The notes below the pieces were generated by a model that was not told the origin of the DNA, made no database searches, and saw nothing but the letters and a program-made list of their open reading frames with translations. From positions 19,268 to 83,267 of the forward strand of contig JAYUJP010000001.1 of assembly GCA_043765155.1 (NCBI GenBank): 64,000 nucleotides of DNA, given 5' to 3'. This document shows, piece by piece, positions 9,065-16,203 of this stretch (position 1 is its first letter; each line of letters begins with the position of its first letter). Source of the stretch: a bacterium (GTDB taxonomy: Bacteria > Patescibacteriota > Minisyncoccia > Phycocordibacterales > UBA5272). The position numbers were made by a program, and so were the translations under genes.

Positions 9065-10858
9065 TCACTTCAGCTCCTGATGTTGTATCAGGTCTTGATA
9101 ATGACTAGAACTTTCTAATAATTCCAAGTGGGTGCCGTTCGCTACTACTTTCCCCTTGTCCATGACAAATATAATATCACTATCAATTATTGTTGATAAC
9201 CTGTGGGCGATGATAATAGTTGTTCTGCCCTTGCTCACATTATCTATCGCCTCTTTTATATACTTTTCATTTACAGTATCGAGTGAGCTCGTCGCCTCGT
9301 CAAATATAAGTATAGACGGATTTTTAATTATAGCCCTAGCTATACCTATACGCTGACGCTCACCGCCTGAGAGCTTGATGCTGCGCTCGCCTATTTCTGT
9401 CTCAAATTTTCGTACGCCAAGCCTATGATAAAATTCATCGATACGTGCCAGCTTTGATATTTCTTCTATCTTAGAATCTATAACTTGTTCTTTTTCCAAT
9501 TCTTTTAAAACTTTTTCGTCCACTCCAAATAAAATATTATTTTTGACAGTGTCGTCAAAGAGGTCAACATGTTGCTCTACATATCCTATATGTTTACGCA
9601 GATCACCCGCGTCTATGTCTTTTAACTCTACACTATTTATTTTTATCCCAGAATAATTCTCTCCCTCTTCACTTTTATTATTTAGATTATTATAATCATA
9701 AGCTCTGAGTAGTAACCTCGTAATGGTAGTCTTACCTGATCCAGAGTGTCCGACAAAAGCAACCTTACTACCTTGTGGTATTTTTATATTTATATTATTA
9801 AGTACATTACCTTCACTCTTTGGATATTTAAAACTCAAATTTTCAAACACTATATCCCCGTCGACAAATTTTGTATCGCTCTCCTCCTGAAAATCTGGCT
9901 CCTTATCAATAATTTCTAAGTATTTATCCAGCTCAACAAAACGAAGAGGTATTTGCCTCAAAGCTTTGATAACAGAAAAAATATTATTATATGCATCATT
10001 AATCCACATCCATATAGCATAGATGGCACCAATGGTTAAGTTGCCAAGAGAGGCTAAAAATATTATAAGTATTGTACTGCCAGTCTTACTGACAGAAAAA
10101 ATAAACCATCTTTTATGTGCATGTGAGACACTTTTTGTCCATGTAAAAATTTTATAATCTATAAAAACTTCTCTATTTTTAAGATATTTTTTAAGATAAA
10201 CTTTTTCAACGGCTAAGTTTTTCACTAATAGAAGATGCTGAAATATCTCTGATCTTATTTTTCTTTGCGTATCCCAATTATCCATATCTTTTTTAATAAA
10301 AGGCCTATGATATCTAGCAAAATAGCCGCTCCACAAAATAACCAGCATTAATGTCCCCGCACACCAAGCAGCTATAGTAACTGAATAAAAAGATATAGCA
10401 GCCAAAGAAAAGATTATTTGTGTAAAAGTTGGAAAAATACTTAAAATAAAGCTTGTTACTATATTTTGCACTGCACTCTCGCCTCTGTTAACGACTTGTA
10501 ATTTTATCGCACTATGATCTTCTACATATTGACTAGGGTTTAGTTTAAAAATATTTTTAAAAGAATATTCCTCAAGATGTTGCTGTATTCTAAAATCTAA
10601 ATTATCTTGTGCGTGTTTATCTGAAAAATAACTCACTATAATTAGTATACCCTGAATCACAAGCCATGAAAATATAAAATAATAAGCTAAATTAAAATCC
10701 TTGTTAACAATTTTGTCTAAAATTTTAGAAATTATAAAAACCATTAAGACACCGATTGCTTGCTGAAATATAGTAGAAATTAATTGTATATAAAAATCTT
10801 TATGGAAAGGCTTTAAAAGTTTCCACAATCGCCAAGTGGTTATAAGGTATTTTTGCAT
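9065..10858 (-). CDS. ABC exporter with fused permease and ATPase, MsbA/multidrug-exporter type.
   Basis: Six-TM domain followed by Walker A GHSGSGKTT, the ABC signature LSGGERQR and Walker B ILIFDEATS. Confidence 0.85.
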   Translation of the reverse strand: MQKYLITTWRLWKLLKPFHKDFYIQLISTIFQQAIGVLMVFIISKILDKIVNKDFNLAYYFIFSWLVIQGILIIVSYFSDKHAQDNLDFRIQQHLEEYSFKNIFKLNPSQYVEDHSAIKLQVVNRGESAVQNIVTSFILSIFPTFTQIIFSLAAISFYSVTIAAWCAGTLMLVILWSGYFARYHRPFIKKDMDNWDTQRKIRSEIFQHLLLVKNLAVEKVYLKKYLKNREVFIDYKIFTWTKSVSHAHKRWFIFSVSKTGSTILIIFLASLGNLTIGAIYAIWMWINDAYNNIFSVIKALRQIPLRFVELDKYLEIIDKEPDFQEESDTKFVDGDIVFENLSFKYPKSEGNVLNNINIKIPQGSKVAFVGHSGSGKTTITRLLLRAYDYNNLNNKSEEGENYSGIKINSVELKDIDAGDLRKHIGYVEQHVDLFDDTVKNNILFGVDEKVLKELEKEQVIDSKIEEISKLARIDEFYHRLGVRKFETEIGERSIKLSGGERQRIGIARAIIKNPSILIFDEATSSLDTVNEKYIKEAIDNVSKGRTTIIIAHRLSTIIDSDIIFVMDKGKVVANGTHLELLESSSHYQDLIQHQELK

Positions 10859-10961
10859 AATTATATAATATTATAACACAAAACAAAAACTTACTTGTTT
10901 TCGTTTTTTATTCAGTCTTTAGATTGTCAGATTTGGATATATTTCTAATGCTAGTCAATTA

Positions 10962-10988
10962 AAAAGCGGCGCCATAGGCGCCGCTTTT
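10962..10988. terminator. Intrinsic terminator hairpin (AAAAGCGGCGCC-ata-GGCGCCGCTTTT) at the 3' end of rnpB.
   Basis: Perfect palindrome flanked by an A-tract and a T-tract. Confidence 0.6.
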
Positions 10989-10991
10989 CTC

Positions 10992-11312
10992 ATCTGTCCC
11001 ATAAGCCGAATTCTGTTCTGCGTCTTTTATAAAACACATACGTAGATATTTATCTTGCTTGTATGTTACCATACAAATCTTTGCGACGACTCTGGCATAC
11101 AATAAAGTTACCAGCACGGTCTTGCACATATGTAAGTATTTAGCCGTTTCAGCCTAACTAAATAGGATCGTTTCTGTTCGCAACTCGCGTGTTACCACGT
11201 ATGGGTGTTACCCATTACACTTGTATACAATAAGTAAAACTATGTGTTCGGACTTTCCTCACTACCTAAAATAAATTTTAAGCTAGCGCATCTACTTGTT
11301 ACAGCTTATATA
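10992..11312 (-). ncRNA. rnpB: RNase P RNA, bacterial type A-like, compact at about 320 nt.
   Basis: The minus strand contains GAGGAAAGUCCGAACAC (P4 5' strand). It contains GGGUAACACCCAUACGUGGUAACACGCGAGUUGCGAACAGAAACGAUCC and GUGCAAGACCGUGCUGGUAAC. Its 3' end, ACAGAAUUCGGCUUAUGGGACAGAUGAG, matches E. coli ...ACAGAACCCGGCUUAUCGGUCAGUUUCACCU. The 5' AUAAGC pairs with the 3' GCUUAU to form P1. Confidence 0.75.
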
Positions 11313-11370
11313 ATATAGCATATATCAAGATAAAATAAAATACACTAATCACTTTCAAAAGACAATAAAA

Positions 11371-11994
11371 TTAAAAGCTCACCTCGTCTCCGACTTTTAT
11401 ATTTAAGTCTTTTACTTTGCCAGAATTAATCTCTAAAACATATTTTGCTGGATTTTTATTACTCACAGTATTTGGGTAACTAGAAACTTTTACATTTTCA
11501 AATATATCACTTATTATTTTTCTAGTTTTTACTTCTCCTGTTACGTTATCTTTTACCATCTCTTCTTTTATGTACAAAATATCAAGATTATAATTCATAT
11601 CCTTCATCCAAAAGCTATAAATATCTTCTGTATCAAAAATAAATAACATAGCACATTTATCACATAAACTTTTTGTATTGCTGAGTCCATTTCTCCTAGA
11701 CTCATTTGTATCTGCTATTTTTAAATTAAAATTAGTAATAACTTTGTTGTCTTGTTGTGAAATTATATTTAAATTTTTATCATAAGAATATTCTATATAT
11801 TTTTTACTCATACTATTATCTTTATTTTTATTTATATCTAGATGAGCTAAATTATAATACACACCAATAATTATAAACAAAGTGATAACAGCGAAAAATA
11901 AAGACTGTAAAGAATTAGCTTTAGAAATATTTCTTATTTTTGACTCTTCTATTTTTGATGCAATCTCTTGATTATTATCCATGTTTGTTTTCAT
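11371..11994 (-). CDS. DUF192-domain protein (COG1430-like), membrane-anchored.
   Basis: N-terminal TM anchor. The C-terminal region has the DUF192-like pattern (LFIFDTEDIYSFWMKDMNYNLDILYI). Confidence 0.5.
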   Translation of the reverse strand: MKTNMDNNQEIASKIEESKIRNISKANSLQSLFFAVITLFIIIGVYYNLAHLDINKNKDNSMSKKYIEYSYDKNLNIISQQDNKVITNFNLKIADTNESRRNGLSNTKSLCDKCAMLFIFDTEDIYSFWMKDMNYNLDILYIKEEMVKDNVTGEVKTRKIISDIFENVKVSSYPNTVSNKNPAKYVLEINSGKVKDLNIKVGDEVSF

Positions 11995-12196
11995 TTATAA
12001 AATATAACATAAAATACTTTTATTATATAGTCAATATAGTCACAAAATATGCGTAGAACTGGGGATAACTCGTTAATATCTGTAATAATAAAATATAAAA
12101 TAATATATAATTATAAGTGGACCTGCTCTATGTTGTTGTGATTATAAATTAAAAACTAAAAGTTTTAATATTTACTTAAAAAATATTATAAAAAAT

Positions 12197-12625
12197 ATGG
12201 CCAAAACAAAATTCGAAGTATATAAAGATAATAAGGGTAATTATCGCTGGAGACTACTTGCTCAAAATGGTGAGCCGGTGGCATCAAGCGGCGAAGGGTT
12301 TAAGGAAAAGAGAACAGCTATGAACGCTGTAAAGAAATTAAAAGAATGGGCTAATACCGAGACAATCCTGGATCTGGAAAAAATGAAAGAGGATGCTATT
12401 AAGCAAAAAGCAAAAGATACCAAAGCTAAAACTGCAGCAAAACCTACTGCAAAAACATCAACTAAAAAAACTGTAGCAAAGCCAGCTTCTAAAAAAGTAG
12501 CAGCGAAACCTGCGGCAAAAAAAGCTAATACAAAACCTGCTGCTCCAGCTAAGAAAACTGTAGCAAAGCCGGTGCAAGCAAAGGAAGTGATAAAAGAAGT
12601 AGTAATATCTAAGACTGTTATCTAA
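12197..12625 (+). CDS. YegP/DUF1508-domain protein fused to a Lys/Ala/Pro-rich histone-H1-like tail.
   Basis: N-terminal FEVYKDNKGNYRWRLLAQNGEPVASSGEGFKEKRTAMNAVKKLKE is a YegP repeat. The C-terminal 70 aa are AKPAAKK-type repeats. Confidence 0.6.
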   Translation: MAKTKFEVYKDNKGNYRWRLLAQNGEPVASSGEGFKEKRTAMNAVKKLKEWANTETILDLEKMKEDAIKQKAKDTKAKTAAKPTAKTSTKKTVAKPASKKVAAKPAAKKANTKPAAPAKKTVAKPVQAKEVIKEVVISKTVI

Positions 12626-12735
12626 TATTGATTCTGAGTAAAGGTGTTAACCAAATATTCAAAAAATAAAATCTCTTATAACTTAAGAGGTTTTATTTTG
12701 TTTAACTAATTAAAATTTATTTAAATTAGCGACCT

Positions 12736-13620
12736 TTAATTTAAAATATCTGAAATATTTATACCGTAATCCTTAAATATACTGTAGGTTATTTTACCAT
12801 CATGATAATCAGGCTTTATACTAGCATTTACTAATTTTAGATTTTTATTTTTGTCTAATACAAAGTCAATTTTTATAAGATTTTCTAATATGTGATCTGA
12901 GATTTTTCTAGCCTCATTTTGAATAATATCTTTTTCTGTTTGAGATAAAAAATTAGCACTAATATACTTTCTATAACCATTTTTATTATCAATATTGTCA
13001 AAAGTTTCTACTATAGGTGTCATATACAATTCCTCTCCTCTGTAATTTTTGATAGCTATTATTGTATACTTTTTACCTCTTGTATGTGTATCTAAAATAA
13101 TATCATCACCTATCGCGTGTGAAGTATTTATATGTTCAAATGCCTCTTGATAATTATAAGTTAAAAGATTGGGTATAGACTTTTTAGATGCTTTTAATAT
13201 TATCGGCATATGCATAGTTCTCCACATATCATATAATGTGCTTCTTATGTTCTTATCTTCTTTTTGTACTATGTTATACTCTGGATGATTTACTCCTACT
13301 TGAAAAATAGTTTTTCTAAAGTTGTCAGTATCCAAATCATTTGCAAAGAGAATCTTGAGTCCTAGGTTTCTGGCTAGTTTATGATGAGTATCTCGCCCAA
13401 TATAGTCATGGGTTGTATCTATAAGTATATCTGAGTGGGAGAAAATTTTGTGTATATCAGTTTTTATTTTGGATTCAAATATATTGCCATCTATGTCAAC
13501 ATAACAAAATCTAATTTTGTTATGAATATTTTTATCTGCATAATCCATATAAATAGCTCTGGCATTTTTTTCAGAGTTTGAGGCTTTTATTTTACCACCG
13601 TAAAGTATTATTATGCTCAT
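12736..13620 (-). CDS. ddl: Divergent D-alanine--D-alanine ligase-like ATP-grasp enzyme.
   Basis: N-terminal IIILYGGKIKASNSEKNA matches Ddl IAVLxGGxSxExEVS. The C-terminal KIDFVLDKNKNLKLVNASIKPDYHDGKITYSIFKDYGINISDIL matches Ddl RIDxxLDxxGxxYLLEANTxPGMTxxSLxPxxAxxxGxSFxxLV. Confidence 0.55.
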   Translation of the reverse strand: MSIIILYGGKIKASNSEKNARAIYMDYADKNIHNKIRFCYVDIDGNIFESKIKTDIHKIFSHSDILIDTTHDYIGRDTHHKLARNLGLKILFANDLDTDNFRKTIFQVGVNHPEYNIVQKEDKNIRSTLYDMWRTMHMPIILKASKKSIPNLLTYNYQEAFEHINTSHAIGDDIILDTHTRGKKYTIIAIKNYRGEELYMTPIVETFDNIDNKNGYRKYISANFLSQTEKDIIQNEARKISDHILENLIKIDFVLDKNKNLKLVNASIKPDYHDGKITYSIFKDYGINISDILN

Positions 13621-13720
13621 ATTTTTATAAAATATATTTCTAATAATATTATAGCATGCAAAATATTATTTTTGATATACTTGTCTACAGCGTGTGCACA
13701 TAATATCTTTTTATAAAAAT

Positions 13721-13749
13721 AAGAAGCGCCTGCTATGCAGGCGCTTCTT
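13721..13749. terminator. Intrinsic terminator hairpin (AAGAAGCGCCTGC-tat-GCAGGCGCTTCTT) downstream of nrdB on the minus strand.
   Basis: Perfect 13-bp stem with A/T tracts on both sides. The plus-strand ORF at 13735..14205 overlapping nrdB is spurious. Confidence 0.5.
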
Positions 13750-13784
13750 ATTTTTACTATTATTACTTTTTATTTCTATCTCGC

Positions 13785-14891
13785 TTACCAGTCTAGACTT
13801 CCTCCTGTCTTATACTCGGTAACTCTTGTCTCAAAGAAGTTCTTCTCTTTTGAAAGGTCTACTGCCTCACTCATCCAAGTAAATGGATTATGTGAACCGT
13901 ATAATATTGGTAGCCCTACTCTCTGTAATCTCCTGTCTGCAATATGCTCGATGTATTGCTTGAATCCCTCTGCATTGAGTCCAAATATTCCTTTTGGAAA
14001 TACGTCCTGCGCAAAAGTGTATTCTAGCTTAACCGCCTCATCAATAAGGGCGATAATACGAGCTTGGAATTCTGCTGTCCATAATTCTGGCTGCTCTTCT
14101 TTTATAGTATTAATCATATCTATACCAAAGTTAAGATGCTGGCTCTCGTCACGCATGATATATTGTATCTGCTCAGCGCTACCTGGAAGTTTATTTTGCC
14201 TTTGAAATCCAAACATAACTGCAAAGCTTGAATAAAAGAATATACCCTCGAGTATTAGTGAGAACACACAAATATTTTCTAAGAACTTTTGATCAGCTTC
14301 AAATGTACCAGTCTTAAAGTTAGGGTTAAGTACACCGTCGTTAAAACTTAAAACAAATTTATCTTTGTTATATATAGCGTCCACCTCACGGTACATATTA
14401 AATATCTCTGGACCATCAAGGCCGAGTGACTCTACGATGTACTGATAAGCCTGAGTATGTATAGCCTCTTCATAGGCCTGCCTTAATAGATACATACGCG
14501 CCTCAGGACTTGTGATGTGTTTATAGGTCGCTATAACTAGGTTATTAGCGGCTATCGAGTCAGCAGTCGAGAAGAATCCTATTACCATTTTAAGAGCATG
14601 CCTCTCATCATCGGTAAGTACATCTTTACTTTTCCATTGCTCTATATCTAGCTGCATACTTATCTCAGTAGGTAGCCAGTGATTCTGATTACCAGCATTG
14701 TATGCATCCCAAGCAAAAGTATGCTTGAGTGGATGTAGCTGTATCACATCGGCATTTTTACCATTAATCATACGTCTATCATTAATAGATACACGCCCTG
14801 CATCACGGTTAAGACTCTGAGCTATCTCCGCGTCATGTAAACTACTTACTAATACTATATTATCACTTGTTTTTGTTAATGTATCTTGCAT
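13785..14891 (-). CDS. nrdB: Class I ribonucleotide reductase small (beta, R2) subunit.
   Basis: Ferritin-like di-iron motifs (EEAIHTQAY, EGIFFYSSFA, RDESQHLNF), a conserved radical-site region and a C-terminal tail. Confidence 0.85.
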   Translation of the reverse strand: MQDTLTKTSDNIVLVSSLHDAEIAQSLNRDAGRVSINDRRMINGKNADVIQLHPLKHTFAWDAYNAGNQNHWLPTEISMQLDIEQWKSKDVLTDDERHALKMVIGFFSTADSIAANNLVIATYKHITSPEARMYLLRQAYEEAIHTQAYQYIVESLGLDGPEIFNMYREVDAIYNKDKFVLSFNDGVLNPNFKTGTFEADQKFLENICVFSLILEGIFFYSSFAVMFGFQRQNKLPGSAEQIQYIMRDESQHLNFGIDMINTIKEEQPELWTAEFQARIIALIDEAVKLEYTFAQDVFPKGIFGLNAEGFKQYIEHIADRRLQRVGLPILYGSHNPFTWMSEAVDLSKEKNFFETRVTEYKTGGSLDW

Positions 14892-15191
14892 ATTTTTAAC
14901 TAATTTTAATTATTTTATCTCTTAAATTTTATTAATTTTTGTTAAGACTTGGTTAGTCTTTGTATAACTTTATTATAACAATTTTTATTAATTTTTGACA
15001 TGACTTTTCCACAAGAGAATACTCATTAAGTATCATGGTTTACGTCTTCACTTTTCCAAAAAACCCTTATTATATTGAGTGTAAAATGCTATTGACTTAT
15101 AAGTCATAATAGTATATTATTTATATATAGCTTTTGAATTTCCACAAGCTTAAAGTTAAACAAATTGGCAATAAGCCAGAAAGGTTCCTAA

Positions 15192-15521
15192 GTGTTCTCT
15201 TGCAAAATTTTAGCTATTTTTGTAGCTGTATCTGCTCTTTTATCACCGCTACAAGCTGAAGCCAGAAAACCCTTTTCAGGGTTTAAAAAACCTCGCCCAG
15301 CAACTGTACAACAAGCGCCGAGGGCTGCGCAAATTCCAGATCAACCTTCTCAGCCGGGGCTCGGGCGTATGGCAGTCGAAGGTGTGGTGTTGGGTGCTGC
15401 TGTTGGTGCAGGTGCAACCGCTGGATCAATGGCAGCTCGTGACATCTATAACGGTGTCGTAGGTAAAAAAGTGGAGTGCGTCAAAGCTCCAGATGGGACA
15501 ATCACTTGTCCTGAAAAATGA
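15192..15521 (+). CDS. Small secreted protein with a glycine-zipper segment and two C-terminal Cys. It is Ala/Gly/Pro-rich, which makes it locally GC-rich.
   Basis: Signal peptide MFSCKILAIFVAVSALLSPLQAEA, the glycine zipper GVVLGAAVGAGATAGSMA, and a C-terminal CxxxxxxxxC. Confidence 0.45.
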   Translation: MFSCKILAIFVAVSALLSPLQAEARKPFSGFKKPRPATVQQAPRAAQIPDQPSQPGLGRMAVEGVVLGAAVGAGATAGSMAARDIYNGVVGKKVECVKAPDGTITCPEK

Positions 15522-15745
15522 CATTCAACCGCTCGAAAAAATTTTATTTCTTTCTAGCAAAAAGCCAGACTTAACATCTAGTTTTTTTATTTGCAAAAAT
15601 AGATTTAATATGATATATTATTCTTGTAGCACTGACGACAGGAAATAACAATTTGTTGATCGGCTTTGCTGCGGGTATCGCAAGATATACTAATGGGGGA
15701 AACTTTTAGAGTAATCTAATAGAGCCGTCCCCTCTGTGCTACAAA

Positions 15746-15776
15746 TAAAAAACTTACCTTACGGTAAGTTTTTTAT
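15746..15776. terminator. Intrinsic terminator hairpin (AAAAAACTTACC-ttac-GGTAAGTTTTTT) immediately downstream of the nrdA-linked hypothetical gene.
   Basis: Perfect 12-bp stem with symmetric A and T tracts. Confidence 0.6.
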
Positions 15777-15778
15777 TT

Positions 15779-16180
15779 TTAAGAGTTCGGATGGTAGCTG
15801 ACTACTTCTAAATGTTTTTCAAATCTTTCAAAGATTACACGGACGGATCTCATATTTAGGTGTCTCAAATCTTTTTTAATCTCTATTCTATTTTCTCTAT
15901 TATTTGAATACTTAAGGCTGTCAAGATTTTCTATAGAGAAAATTAGGACATTTAACATCTCTATGATTTTATCCAACGTATACTCTTCGTTATGATTCTT
16001 AAGAAAAGACTCTTTTCTACTTTCTACAAAATGCTTTAAGGACTTATTAGAAAAATAAACTTCATAACTTTTATTTTCTATAGCTACCAAACATACGTAG
16101 TTTTTGCAACTTGGTTCATTTATTTTTTCATTATATTGCAAGAAAAAATAATCTTTTGCTTTGTCTATTATTTCTTGCAT
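15779..16180 (-). CDS. Hypothetical protein of 133 aa, probably co-transcribed with nrdA.
   Basis: ORF with coding-like composition, 23 bp downstream of the nrdA stop on the same strand, followed by the terminator. No recognisable family. It is not NrdI-like. Confidence 0.45.
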   Translation of the reverse strand: MQEIIDKAKDYFFLQYNEKINEPSCKNYVCLVAIENKSYEVYFSNKSLKHFVESRKESFLKNHNEEYTLDKIIEMLNVLIFSIENLDSLKYSNNRENRIEIKKDLRHLNMRSVRVIFERFEKHLEVVSYHPNS

Positions 16181-16203
16181 ATATTTTTTCTAATCAGCTT
16201 TTC

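Noticed and set aside
10801-10833. A fourth partial copy of the TTTCCACAA motif (gtttccacaatcgcc).
   Set aside because: It lies inside the ABC exporter coding sequence, differs at the 3' end of the 13-mer, and is better explained by chance.
13735-14205. A 156-aa plus-strand ORF overlapping the nrdB 3' end and its terminator.
   Set aside because: It is antisense to the conserved nrdB frame and starts inside the terminator hairpin.
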